Shown here in pieces: positions 45,701 to 54,604 of a DNA stretch of 64,000 bases; within the stretch, counting starts at the first letter, position 1; each line of letters opens with the position of its first letter. A model generated the notes under the pieces. That model was not told the origin of the DNA. It ran no database searches and saw only the letters and a program-made list of their open reading frames with translations. The translations under genes and the position numbers were made by a program. This stretch comes from a virus, in IMG/VR virus record IMGVR_UViG_3300037245_001361, positions 7,214 through 71,213 of that record; one strand, given 5' to 3'.

Positions 45701-47125
45701 ATCTTCTGATTGATTTGGGAAATTAAAATCACATAAATGAAATGCAAAGGATTCAAAGCCTAACTTATCATAAATAACTAAAGCATACCTATATGTTTCC
45801 CCCCTAAAGTGAGCAGCATATAAATGGTCTATTTGAGTTCCTTTATAATTTACATAATCATTATTGATAGTATAATCCTCAACACCTCCAGCAGCATCGT
45901 GAAGCTTCATCTGAGTAATACCATTTCTCGGCTTCTGATTAGTTATAGGTAGTTTTTGTTTATTATCATTATTGTTGAGGTTTTCATCAGACCTCATATC
46001 TTTAAAGATAGGCTTTACAACAAGATTTTGAAGTATAGGTTCTAAATCAGGAACACTAATAAAATTCTCTTTGACGTTTCCAAAATATAATGTAGAATCT
46101 TTTATATTCAAAGTCTTAGCAGCTACAATACCACTAAACAATTCTGTAAGTTCTTCAGGAAGTAAAGGTTCTCCACTATTAGAAACGTGGTCAAACTCCA
46201 TTACATCACTTGAAATATTAGTTTGAAGGAATATGTTTGTACTATTTATTGAAGTTGAATTTTTTGAGTAAGCATAAGCAACTCTAATTCTATCAAATCT
46301 TTCATCAATTCCTTTTATCTGTATTCTGTTACCTTTAGAAGATTCTATTCCAGATCCTCCCATTTCGTAATCATTCCAATTTGTGTTACTAACATCATCA
46401 GAAGAAACAAATACCCTTCTTGATAATGGATACCAAGGAGTATTATATCCCGATTCAGTTCCCAAACTGTAAGAATATTGATAGACACCTGTTAAAAGAC
46501 TTCCACCTACATTCATAACATACTTAATCAACCCCATACTAAACTCTGATTGAGTATTCATAGCGTGAACAGATATGTTGTCAGCAGAATAAGCGTTAAC
46601 ATCTGATTGAGGAAGTCCTAATGTTTCATCAAAAGAAAATGTAATAGTTCTTGGCTGATTACTATCAGGCTCAACACCATCTATCCAATAACCTCTAATC
46701 ATTTTAGGATTCTCAAATACGAACCTTGCCTCAATCTGATTATAAGTATGGAAATTTAATTTATCTCCATTCGGGTCATCTTGGTCATTGAACAATGTTT
46801 TATACGAACCAACTCCAGCTTCATCAATAGATAGTAAACCTATTTCTGAATTTCCATTAAGTTCATCTGCAGAAAATAAAAGAACAATATTATTGTTTCC
46901 GGTATTACCCATTGCAATATATTTATTCCCATCAGTTCCACCTCTTGCCTCAATCTTGAAAGATACTTTACTTCCATTTTCAGTTTGCCAAGAGTGAGTT
47001 CCATCTTTATTAAATATAGTTCTTCCATTCATAGAAAATCTATAAGTAGAAGCCCTGCTATTCAACACATCATTATCAAAAGTCATTCCCTCGTTAAAGG
47101 TATTTACGGTCTTGTTCCCTTGCAT
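42743..47125 (-). CDS. tail muzzle/stabilization protein (P22 gp10-like)
   Basis: 1460 aa; NTFNEGM..D start, FRGETYRYALV, FGGDCY, YGNQHQWS, DRMRGK end. Confidence 0.8.
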   Translation of the reverse strand: MQGNKTVNTFNEGMTFDNDVLNSRASTYRFSMNGRTIFNKDGTHSWQTENGSKVSFKIEARGGTDGNKYIAMGNTGNNNIVLLFSADELNGNSEIGLLSIDEAGVGSYKTLFNDQDDPNGDKLNFHTYNQIEARFVFENPKMIRGYWIDGVEPDSNQPRTITFSFDETLGLPQSDVNAYSADNISVHAMNTQSEFSMGLIKYVMNVGGSLLTGVYQYSYSLGTESGYNTPWYPLSRRVFVSSDDVSNTNWNDYEMGGSGIESSKGNRIQIKGIDERFDRIRVAYAYSKNSTSINSTNIFLQTNISSDVMEFDHVSNSGEPLLPEELTELFSGIVAAKTLNIKDSTLYFGNVKENFISVPDLEPILQNLVVKPIFKDMRSDENLNNNDNKQKLPITNQKPRNGITQMKLHDAAGGVEDYTINNDYVNYKGTQIDHLYAAHFRGETYRYALVIYDKLGFESFAFHLCDFNFPNQSEDIYSWNRVKADGGIVSDNGVLPQKAWPTNNFNDVSLRDNKVLVGDVGNTPGSQSENLRQVSHIKIMGVEFSGIDLSSLGNLAGGFKIVRVKRDSSILLQGLIMPCVSIVDDKDGSIIEPNPTTAQRIADFNQPYPHIPIPTSGIANIEKPGGGDIPFETHASPNERYRMRSNVSVFYAPAIDFGSTNFPSLQTQDKMTLVGGCWDEDAWKAIGSWRHYSKFYYSKNNFHNGDLTNEASGSADPYPQYMAELGSIDFADKVGLGDFIPDWDLTTRLNNNCQIQNQTGGEDQDAHGKSNSIFLKHGNFNGNRNSPTNGVYAPFYNSSGPNRAFNDDGGSMNNQFGRGGSFIANYRRPNPNPYGGLTLSSLEQSIFIGTGHFQPINNLTFNAQGMPSDLIFNGIEVFGGDCYLDYHSFLRLYPQYTEDTEDKDKNAFSVGCVFPFEYEFNHALREAPSKPSATFDNIGPKWFGAQYSHLNRGLYSGVSSLVEEFDLNSVLAFEELLLFFNPKPLNFIDNTLYPVRWRYTREKVYGDTVDNWRLFQVNDFKDLNGSYGEITSSLYLMNQIYSWQIGAFGRLRASDRALLESQQGGTLSTGIGDKLDGVDYVSTEYGNQHQWSLFKSDTAAYWIDVNKRKIMKFAQDGKNPLSDIKGVHQFLEYELPLFEDHDSPANGNGIHGTFDYGNNEALFTFVRDRRISTPNVNTDIVIRSRTGQGKAYVSGVVEHNQTAIIAWDYDLQPNNGILLPVGNQSIGVNENFIFYLKIKGGDVNVFNHDAGVNTLLASLENEKYYKFWRHSIEDAWSYAEVENNDVTPEVNTITYSEIGNFFSGFHSYKPSHYISTKFLVLSNDSYTGYSADNEILVHDMGKKSDFPSFSNKSVLEISVNEAQMIAKAFDSLRVNCNKDFSDHLNTFLMNTDSQFHFIDMASDNRKKYLEDILRFPLRSKTQKDRMRGKHMLMTFELKNNQEYNDRITNLVTHYRPSNRM

Positions 47126-47127
47126 AA

Positions 47128-48318
47128 TTAGAAAATTTCTTTAGTAGGTGGAGGCATCAATTGCATCCATCTATTTGATAAGTATTTTAATTCTTCGCTA
47201 TTTGGCATTTCATCATCCCCACGAGCTTGACCACACAACCAGTACCATCTTTTTTCTAATTTATCATGGACATGTTGAGCCAATTTGCCTTCGTAATAAG
47301 ATACAGACTTGTGCATAAACATAATGTAATGCGTAACAGCATCTTCGTGTTCAGCAGCAATCAAAGGCCAACCTTCTTCATCTAAATCAATACCCATATA
47401 AGATATGGCAACCCTTTCGTTATCACGAACATTGAAGTTAATACAACCATTGTCTATAGAGAATACAGATTCGTTTGGAGCAAAATCATAACCATAACCA
47501 TAGCCATAACCATTAATAGTTCCCCCACCTCCTTGTGCATTTATTCCAGTATTAGATTTTGCTACACTTGAATCAGCCAAATTGTTAGAAGTAAGCCTTA
47601 AATTGTCAGTTGAAGAACCAACATTAATAGTGTCTTTTTTAGGTGGAACTCTTTTCTGAACAACACACTCACTAAGTGTTCCCGTTGCACTGTCAGTATA
47701 TAGAGTAATGTTGAAATTAACATCAGGATTATCTCCCGTAACATTAAATCTTTGAGTTCCAAAATTTGAAGAGTAACCAATATTATTTATTGCATTGATC
47801 TGATTACTTATAGATTCTGCAATTGAATCAAGAGTGTCACCATTCTGAACAATATAGCTAAAACTATTTGTTGCAGTATTACCACAATTATTAGATGTAA
47901 ATGTTACAACGATAACATCTGTAGTAGCAAATACACCTCCAAGTAAAATATCAACAGATAATGGAACACCAGGACTACAAGTTTGAACTTGACCTCCAAT
48001 GAACCCACTACTAACAACTTCTTCTCCACCAAGCTTAGGGCCTTTATTAAACATTCTAAAAGAACGTTTAGTTACATCAATAGTTCTATTCCCATACTTT
48101 AAAGCGTGTAAGTAAATGAAGTTTGGTGGTAGTGCGGCTTTTCGATTATGAATTACTAATTCACATTCATGTCTTTTATAAGATTGTTCTGAGCCAATTT
48201 TGTTTTCAGCCTCACAAGCCCAACGAGCGAAATCATCTTTAATGTTATTAGTATCAGTGATTCTAAGGTTTCCAATAACATTACCTATAATTTGATTTAA
48301 TGATACTTTATTTCCCAT
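47128..48318 (-). CDS. tail ring/tubular protein with inserted domain
   Basis: ISYMGIDLDEEGWPLI...W.WLCGQAR C-terminus; internal beta-rich insert. Confidence 0.7.
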   Translation of the reverse strand: MGNKVSLNQIIGNVIGNLRITDTNNIKDDFARWACEAENKIGSEQSYKRHECELVIHNRKAALPPNFIYLHALKYGNRTIDVTKRSFRMFNKGPKLGGEEVVSSGFIGGQVQTCSPGVPLSVDILLGGVFATTDVIVVTFTSNNCGNTATNSFSYIVQNGDTLDSIAESISNQINAINNIGYSSNFGTQRFNVTGDNPDVNFNITLYTDSATGTLSECVVQKRVPPKKDTINVGSSTDNLRLTSNNLADSSVAKSNTGINAQGGGGTINGYGYGYGYDFAPNESVFSIDNGCINFNVRDNERVAISYMGIDLDEEGWPLIAAEHEDAVTHYIMFMHKSVSYYEGKLAQHVHDKLEKRWYWLCGQARGDDEMPNSEELKYLSNRWMQLMPPPTKEIF

Positions 48319-48319
48319 T

Positions 48320-48835
48320 TTATTTTATTTGATGTATGTATGTATTCGATGCGTTTCTTCCATAATCATTTAGAGAATAATCTAAATAATCGAAGCCTTC
48401 ACCTACCTTTACCATGTATTGAATCTTGTATTTTAAGTCAATATGAAATCTATACTGTCTTAACTTTTTTGGTGCATCCCAAAATACAAAATACCAATAA
48501 CCAAAACTTGTTTTTAACTTAATTTTTTTTCTAACTAACTCCCCTTGTTCGTCTTTATAAAAAGCAATTTTTGTAGGATTATATCTTACACATTTTGTTT
48601 TTACAACATTAAGTATTCCAAATTTATTTAAAAGGGTAACACTATACCCATCAACTAACTCTTTGAAAGCAATAGTAAAATATGTTCTAATAACTTTACT
48701 AAAAACTCTCCAAGTAATTCTTTTCATCTTAGAAACTCCTATTGGAAATTCTTTCAATCCTTTATCAATCCCATCTTTCGATTCCTCAAATACACCATAA
48801 AGCGTATATCGACCATGATTATCTAAGCTTTTCAT
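48320..48835 (-). CDS. IHF-like protein of the crAss structural module
   Basis: ELVDGYSVTLLNKFGILNVVK...GYWYFVFW; position conserved in crAss-like phages. Confidence 0.6.
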   Translation of the reverse strand: MKSLDNHGRYTLYGVFEESKDGIDKGLKEFPIGVSKMKRITWRVFSKVIRTYFTIAFKELVDGYSVTLLNKFGILNVVKTKCVRYNPTKIAFYKDEQGELVRKKIKLKTSFGYWYFVFWDAPKKLRQYRFHIDLKYKIQYMVKVGEGFDYLDYSLNDYGRNASNTYIHQIK

Positions 48836-49520
48836 TATCCTTACGAGCGTTATTCATTTCATCATTTACAGCTTGCTCAGTCCAGCCTAACTCATTAGTA
48901 AGTATTTTCTTAAGCACGTATTCATATAACCTCGCAGGCATTGGATATGGAGTTGTTGCAGGGTCAAAACAAGTTGGTTCACAACCCTCTGATGAATATC
49001 CTACAACATCTTCAGGAGATTCAAATACTGCACGAATATTTACATACTCTAACATTATATCATTCCCAACAAGCATAAAATATAAAGTGTTTCCAATCAA
49101 ATAACATCTACTTGACAATCCACCAAAACGAGTAGCAGCTTTATATTGTGCTACATTTGGATGATTAACAATTATTGAAGAAAGCTTATCAATCTTTCCG
49201 ACAAAGCCCAAAGCTCTTAAGTTTGGGAAATCAATTAACTTAGGTAATACAACTTTCTTAACAGTACAGCCCCATTCAACTTTAGGACAATTGCTATCTG
49301 CCTTATCTACCTCAACCAAAGGAACAACACCTAAGTCTTGCATTAACTGAGGATCTATATCTTTTCCCCAATCAGTAGTTTCAAATAATCCAGAAGCACG
49401 ATAACCATTAATCCAAAATCTAATTTGCCTAATATTTAGCCTTTCATCATCAGAATTTCCTTGCCCTCCACGAGCAATATTTCTAATGTTGTATGCGTAA
49501 TGATTTAATGTATTTGCCAT
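48819..49520 (-). CDS. tail ring protein
   Basis: MANTLN...RQIRFWINGYRA...VNIRAVFESP...YPMP. Confidence 0.7.
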   Translation of the reverse strand: MANTLNHYAYNIRNIARGGQGNSDDERLNIRQIRFWINGYRASGLFETTDWGKDIDPQLMQDLGVVPLVEVDKADSNCPKVEWGCTVKKVVLPKLIDFPNLRALGFVGKIDKLSSIIVNHPNVAQYKAATRFGGLSSRCYLIGNTLYFMLVGNDIMLEYVNIRAVFESPEDVVGYSSEGCEPTCFDPATTPYPMPARLYEYVLKKILTNELGWTEQAVNDEMNNARKDNEKLR

Positions 49521-49524
49521 GATG

Positions 49525-49532
49525 TAAATTTA
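49525..49532 (-). promoter_or_regulatory. -7-like box TAAATTTA, 4 nt before ATG
   Basis: TAAATTTA-CATC-ATG directly downstream of a terminator. Confidence 0.45.
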
Positions 49533-49534
49533 AT

Positions 49535-49569
49535 AAAAAAAGGGCAGCAGAAAATTCCACTGCCCTTTT
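49535..49569 (-). terminator. intrinsic terminator after the capsid operon
   Basis: Minus strand AAAAGGGCAGTGGAATTTTCTGCTGCCC followed by T7. Confidence 0.85.
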
Positions 49570-49588
49570 AATGTTTTAAGACTATATC

Positions 49589-50278
49589 TTAAGAGTTGAT
49601 AAGTGTTGCTAAGTTAGCACCCTCACCAGCTGTTCCATACCAATACACCTCTTTACGAGTTGCACCAACAGAATCAATGAAAGGAATTGCAGCCTCAGCA
49701 TTGAAGTCAATTCTTACTGTATCGTAAGAAGCTAAGTTAATATCCTCAGCAGCTACACCTCTGTCAACTAAATCAGATGGCTGACCTTCTGAAACAACAG
49801 TAGAAGTTTGAACAGTAGCAACAGTACCAGCAGCACTATCAGTATATTCATATCCAACTAAAGCTCTTTTGTCATCACCTTTTTGAGTAACAGTTAATAC
49901 ACCTAAAGCACTTGTAGCCGAAGCATAAGGAGAAGTTGCTGAAACATCAGCACTTACTAATGCAGCAAATGCAGCAGCAATTGCAGTTACACTTGTAGCT
50001 CCTGCCTGAACAGTTAACTGATAAGATTTTCTCCATAATTGAGCAGACGTTCCATTAGAAGTCATTGTCAATCTGATTAAATCTCCAACAGCATAAGTTC
50101 CTGCGAAAGTTGTTACTAATTTACCTGCAACACCAACTGCGGGTGCGATAAATAATGCTGAAATTAAATCAGCTTTTGCCACTTTGAAACTTGGTGATAA
50201 ATCTACGATTCCACCTGTGTTTGCTGGAGTGTGACCCTCCGTTAAAATTGCAAAATAATTGCGTCCTGCTTTGTTCAT
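49589..50278 (-). CDS. auxiliary capsid/decoration protein
   Basis: Ala/Thr-rich 229 aa with strongly biased codons, followed by a terminator. Confidence 0.6.
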   Translation of the reverse strand: MNKAGRNYFAILTEGHTPANTGGIVDLSPSFKVAKADLISALFIAPAVGVAGKLVTTFAGTYAVGDLIRLTMTSNGTSAQLWRKSYQLTVQAGATSVTAIAAAFAALVSADVSATSPYASATSALGVLTVTQKGDDKRALVGYEYTDSAAGTVATVQTSTVVSEGQPSDLVDRGVAAEDINLASYDTVRIDFNAEAAIPFIDSVGATRKEVYWYGTAGEGANLATLINS

Positions 50279-50302
50279 AATATAAAAATTTGAAGGTTAA
50301 TA

Positions 50303-50310
50303 CAAAATTA
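50303..50310 (-). promoter_or_regulatory. -7 box TAATTTTG
   Basis: TAnnTTTG upstream of the ATG at 50278. Confidence 0.4.
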
Positions 50311-50670
50311 TCTAAAAGTCATACGATTTCTCGTTTTGTTTCTACCTCTATGAAAAACAACCTTTTCAGACTTAGCTGGTTCTTCATCATCATTTCCTTC
50401 ATCATTAGAATCAGAATTATCCGTTTCATTTTTATCGGAATCATCTTCTTCTTCTGTAGTTTCATTTTCTATTGGAGCTTCCGCGCCATTATCAATTACC
50501 TCTTCAATAGGCTCTATAGGATTTTCTTCTTGGAATTTAATCATAGCATCTATAATTTCTTCCTTCTTTAATCCTTTAGGATCTATCTTAGAATACAATT
50601 CAATTTTAGAAATATTAGGAACAGTTAAATCCATCAACTCTTCCTTTGTGTATATTTTATCTTTTGACAT
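50308..50670 (-). CDS. acidic protein with N-terminal Rho-N/HeH-like motif
   Basis: DLTVPNI...GLKKEEIIDAM, then D/E-rich tract and basic tail. Confidence 0.5.
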   Translation of the reverse strand: MSKDKIYTKEELMDLTVPNISKIELYSKIDPKGLKKEEIIDAMIKFQEENPIEPIEEVIDNGAEAPIENETTEEEDDSDKNETDNSDSNDEGNDDEEPAKSEKVVFHRGRNKTRNRMTFR

Positions 50671-50675
50671 AATAA

Positions 50676-51314
50676 CTATTTTTGTTTACTAATTTCGTTT
50701 TCCTGCATTTGATAATTTAACTGTTGTTCAGTTGTAGCCATCATTTTCCTAACTGCAATATTAACTATTTCTTCATGCGTAAATACTGGCATTTCAGAAT
50801 TAACATTGTTTGAAGGATTTGATTCATCAAGCCTTACGTCTACGTGTCTTTTTAAGTACATTAGAACGTAGTTCAATGGAGCAGTGGTAGAAATTATAGA
50901 AGAAATATTATTCGTTCCATCATTCGTATCTGTATAAGAAGGAAATTCATTATCATTCAAATTGAATGGGTCTTTCTGATTTTCCGTAGTATCATCTAAC
51001 TGAGTTGGAGGTATAGGATTCCATTCTGTTCCTGTTCCACATTTCTTAGGGAACTCTCCCTTTAAGCTAAGCGTGAACATATAGTCAGTGATGCTGCTTA
51101 AATTAACAACAGCACCACTTCCTATAGATTTTCTTACTAAAGGCTGTAAAGCCTTTCTTGACCTTTCGTTAACTTCAAAAGTCTCATAGTAGTTTTCCTC
51201 GAACTCTGAATGGGCTAAATTCAAATACCTATCCTTTTGTTCTGAATTGAACCAAGGAGAATCAGCTTTATCTAAAAGCTCATCACATAATTCGTGCATT
51301 TCTACTATATTCAT
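50676..51314 (-). CDS. head-tail ring/connector protein
   Basis: LLDKADSPWF...YLNLA...YLK...HEEIVNIAV pattern. Confidence 0.65.
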   Translation of the reverse strand: MNIVEMHELCDELLDKADSPWFNSEQKDRYLNLAHSEFEENYYETFEVNERSRKALQPLVRKSIGSGAVVNLSSITDYMFTLSLKGEFPKKCGTGTEWNPIPPTQLDDTTENQKDPFNLNDNEFPSYTDTNDGTNNISSIISTTAPLNYVLMYLKRHVDVRLDESNPSNNVNSEMPVFTHEEIVNIAVRKMMATTEQQLNYQMQENEISKQK

Positions 51315-51317
51315 CTT

Positions 51318-52007
51318 TTACTTGTTAATCGTTTTCATCAAGTTAGGAATCATCTCATCATTCTCTTTCAGCCAAAGAACTGCAAAAGAAAAAGATGTTC
51401 CCATTAATTCACCATCATAGGTGTAACGTTTATTCTTACAAACAAATACTCCTTTTTCAACACCTTTTTTAATCAATGCTTTAATATCTCTATCCTCATC
51501 TTCCCAAGCAGTTATTACCTCTTTTGGAGATACAGTAGCTTTCTCATAAAGAGAACGCTTAATAGATGATTCAGAAGAACCTGGCTTCACCGTAATCAAT
51601 AAAACTCTTGCAAAATCTTTTGCTTCTTCAATTTTCAGTTTAGCGATAATTGCATCAGCAGTTGCAGCAAGTGTTCTTTTTTCTACGAAGTCATCAGCAG
51701 CTTCTTGATGGTCAACAATAATTAATGTAGGGTTGGCACCATCAACATATAAAGGGTGAAATTTTACTTGATTATAGAGAAGACGATCACTCATCTCCTC
51801 CATATTCAAGTGTATTGTTCTTTGTACTCTTCTTACGATATGGTTTCCTTCCGCATCTACAAAAGGTCTTTTCTTACCGTTCTGTAAATAATCTCGGACT
51901 ACTATCGTTCCCGTTTTCTTAGGATTCTTAAGCCTAATTTCGACATGCCCTTTTGTTGGGGCACCCATTGCTAATTCCTTAACTTGTGTTTTATTCAAAG
52001 CTTCCAT
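51318..52007 (-). CDS. conserved virion-module protein downstream of MCP
   Basis: Position after MCP; LIKKGVEKGV...YTYDGELMG..F..AVLWL. Confidence 0.55.
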   Translation of the reverse strand: MEALNKTQVKELAMGAPTKGHVEIRLKNPKKTGTIVVRDYLQNGKKRPFVDAEGNHIVRRVQRTIHLNMEEMSDRLLYNQVKFHPLYVDGANPTLIIVDHQEAADDFVEKRTLAATADAIIAKLKIEEAKDFARVLLITVKPGSSESSIKRSLYEKATVSPKEVITAWEDEDRDIKALIKKGVEKGVFVCKNKRYTYDGELMGTSFSFAVLWLKENDEMIPNLMKTINK

Positions 52008-52047
52008 TTCTTTTTCTTTTTATCTAAGGGTTTATATAAATTTTAAT

Positions 52048-53421
52048 TTATGCGAATACTAATTGTCCACAAGACAATGGGTTTCTCACTACAAGACAAG
52101 ACTCACAAAGAATCTCACAAGTGAAAGCATCACGTCCGTTAGCAGCATTCATTGACTTTTGGTCAAATGGGTTAACCATACCAGCGATATACTTAACAAT
52201 CATTCCTCTGTCAATTCCTCCTGCTCCTTTAACTTTTCTTTCAATGTTAGAAACACCGTCAGTTGTTCCCATATCTAAGAAAACCATTCTGAATGATTCT
52301 TTAGGGAAACCACTAATAGGGTCAATATCATTTCCATGTAAGTTCGGATCATCAAAGATTGATGTCTTAACTAATGTTAATCTATGACCTAAAGCGTTAT
52401 AAGAAGTAAAGTGAACTCCGATTTCAGTTTCAGCTCCAACTTTAGCATCATATACTAAGTTACCTGCTGGATAAACTAAATCTTTCATTGCTTCGTGGAA
52501 AGCAACTTGTCCACCCGTACCTGTGAATACCATCCAATGTGCATTCTTGTGTCCAGTATTCAAAGCTAATTGTGCTAAGAAATCAGTTAACCTTTTTTCA
52601 GTTAATTGACCGTTGTAAGTATCAACGTTAGCAGCATCAATTTGTCTTAAGATACCATCTCCAGTTACAATAGGCTTACCATCAACATCAAGAACAGTAG
52701 AGTTACCGTTAGCATCCATTGTAGAAACAGAATACCAATCGTTTAATTCTTTCTGATACATGAACTCATCACGCATTAATTTCTCATCAGTAAAGAACCA
52801 AAGTCTTTGACCTCCATTTTCAATCCAAGTAATATCAGTTAAAGCTGAACCTGTAATAGATTTAGATTTTCTTGAGATAGTCAAGTGATTGATATACCAA
52901 TCTGGATAAACGTGGTTTTCATAACCTCTATCAGAACCTTCAGGGAAAGCATTACCAACAGTATTAGCAGTAATTCCTGCAGCAACATTTCCTGCAACGA
53001 TAGCTGCATTAACATCAGTTGTTTGTAATTTGAATTGGAAAGTATACCCACCTGCAGTACCTTGTGCACCACCAATAGCAATACCTTGTAATCCACCTTT
53101 AAACTTAACAATGTCATTTGGATTGATGTAGTTTTCTTCAAACTCTACAGAGAATTGAGAATTTCCTACTCCTGTTCCCGTAAATGTACCAGTACAAGTA
53201 GATGGTCTGTTCAATCTACCTAAGATTGGCCATCTGAAAGCGTTTTCACCTACTAAATCTTCTTTGGCGAAACGAGAAGTTCCATCAATGAAATAGTTTA
53301 AAGAATATTGCGGATATTGACGAATTAACGTTTTAGCAATTTCTGGGTATTTTAATAAATTTGTTGTAAGAGAATTTGATTCGATGGTCTCTTTACCATA
53401 AGTTCCACTATGAAATTTCAT
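52048..53421 (-). CDS. major capsid protein
   Basis: 457 aa after portal and scaffold; FPEGS, TGDGILRQI, FTGTGG, highly biased codons. Confidence 0.9.
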   Translation of the reverse strand: MKFHSGTYGKETIESNSLTTNLLKYPEIAKTLIRQYPQYSLNYFIDGTSRFAKEDLVGENAFRWPILGRLNRPSTCTGTFTGTGVGNSQFSVEFEENYINPNDIVKFKGGLQGIAIGGAQGTAGGYTFQFKLQTTDVNAAIVAGNVAAGITANTVGNAFPEGSDRGYENHVYPDWYINHLTISRKSKSITGSALTDITWIENGGQRLWFFTDEKLMRDEFMYQKELNDWYSVSTMDANGNSTVLDVDGKPIVTGDGILRQIDAANVDTYNGQLTEKRLTDFLAQLALNTGHKNAHWMVFTGTGGQVAFHEAMKDLVYPAGNLVYDAKVGAETEIGVHFTSYNALGHRLTLVKTSIFDDPNLHGNDIDPISGFPKESFRMVFLDMGTTDGVSNIERKVKGAGGIDRGMIVKYIAGMVNPFDQKSMNAANGRDAFTCEILCESCLVVRNPLSCGQLVFA

Positions 53422-53446
53422 AATAAATAATTTAAAAGTTTATAAT

Positions 53447-54574
53447 TTAATTACCTGTTAGAAACGCTGAAGCATCAAAAGACTCATCGCCTTGAGGTGT
53501 TCCAAATCGTTTCGTTTCTGAAACTTCGGGATTCTGAATATCATCCAAAATCTCTTTTCTCCCCTGTTGTATTCCTTTGTTCCCTAACGCCTTTAAGATT
53601 GTGTCTTTGTTTTTCCACAACCAAGCAGCATCGCTAAGGTTCTTACTGTCGGCATATATTTCTTCATGGAATTTACCACTCGTAATATAGTCCTTATGAT
53701 CTTTTCTAACCTGCTTAAGACTTTCTTCGTCTTTAGCCATCTTGAAGCCGAACTTTGTATCTTCTTCGTCAATGTGTTTAGAAAGTTGTGCTACATCATC
53801 ATCATATTGTTTCTGAAGCTTTGCCTCTTCCGCTTTATTAGATTCTATAACCGTATTCTGTTCATTACTAATTGCTCTATCTATTTGCTTCTTGATTTTT
53901 AAAGCTTCGATTTTAACCGTTCCATTATTAGTGTAAACGTCCATCGCTTCATCAACCTCTTCAGCACTTAAACCTTGTTTCTCTAAATCCAAACGAAGTA
54001 AAGAGTCATCATCTTTCTTTTTTAATTCGTTTAATCTACTTATCCTATCATTCTCAACAGTACTTGTTGACTGACTTCTTAATCTCTCATTTTCCGCTTC
54101 AAGCTCTTTAAGTTGCTCTACAAACTCTTCCTTAGTTTCAGCAGCAATTCCCATCTCTTTTGCAAATGTAGCAAATTGGTCACTACCACTTGAACCATCT
54201 TCCTCACCACCTTTAGAACCATCATCACCTTGTTCTGCAGCAGCTTTTTTATCAGCTTCTTGTTGAGCTAAAAATTCTTTCTCTTTAGCTTCTTTCTGCT
54301 CATCAGTTAAAGTATCGTCAGAGATATTGTCATCCCCTCCTTTATCTTCATCATCATTCTTTGCTGCATCAACACTATCCCAAGTAAAACCATCATCACC
54401 ATCATCGTCTGAGTTATCTGCACCTGCATTGTCAACGACCTCGCTCTTTTCTTTTGGAGCACTTTCCGAATTAAATGCGCTTGCATCAAACTCTTGTGAT
54501 TCTTGTTGGTTATTTTCTTGTTCTGCACCTTTGTTTTCCTCTCCCTGAGTATTTTCTTGATTTTCTTGTTCCAT
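53447..54574 (-). CDS. scaffold-like protein
   Basis: Very acidic N-half, coiled coil, FDASAF repeated at both ends; lies between portal and MCP. Confidence 0.7.
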   Translation of the reverse strand: MEQENQENTQGEENKGAEQENNQQESQEFDASAFNSESAPKEKSEVVDNAGADNSDDDGDDGFTWDSVDAAKNDDEDKGGDDNISDDTLTDEQKEAKEKEFLAQQEADKKAAAEQGDDGSKGGEEDGSSGSDQFATFAKEMGIAAETKEEFVEQLKELEAENERLRSQSTSTVENDRISRLNELKKKDDDSLLRLDLEKQGLSAEEVDEAMDVYTNNGTVKIEALKIKKQIDRAISNEQNTVIESNKAEEAKLQKQYDDDVAQLSKHIDEEDTKFGFKMAKDEESLKQVRKDHKDYITSGKFHEEIYADSKNLSDAAWLWKNKDTILKALGNKGIQQGRKEILDDIQNPEVSETKRFGTPQGDESFDASAFLTGN

Positions 54575-54594
54575 AACTTTTCCTTTTATTAATA

Positions 54595-54602
54595 CAAATA
54601 TA
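54595..54602 (-). promoter_or_regulatory. Bacteroidota -7 box (TATATTTG)
   Basis: Exact match upstream of the scaffold-MCP genes. Confidence 0.55.
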
Positions 54603-54604
54603 TA

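Noticed and set aside
47815-47862. LysM domain (SYIVQNGDTLDSIA)
   Set aside because: Only the first half of the motif matches; the downstream LysM pattern is absent and the segment fits the module shared with 49589..50278 better.
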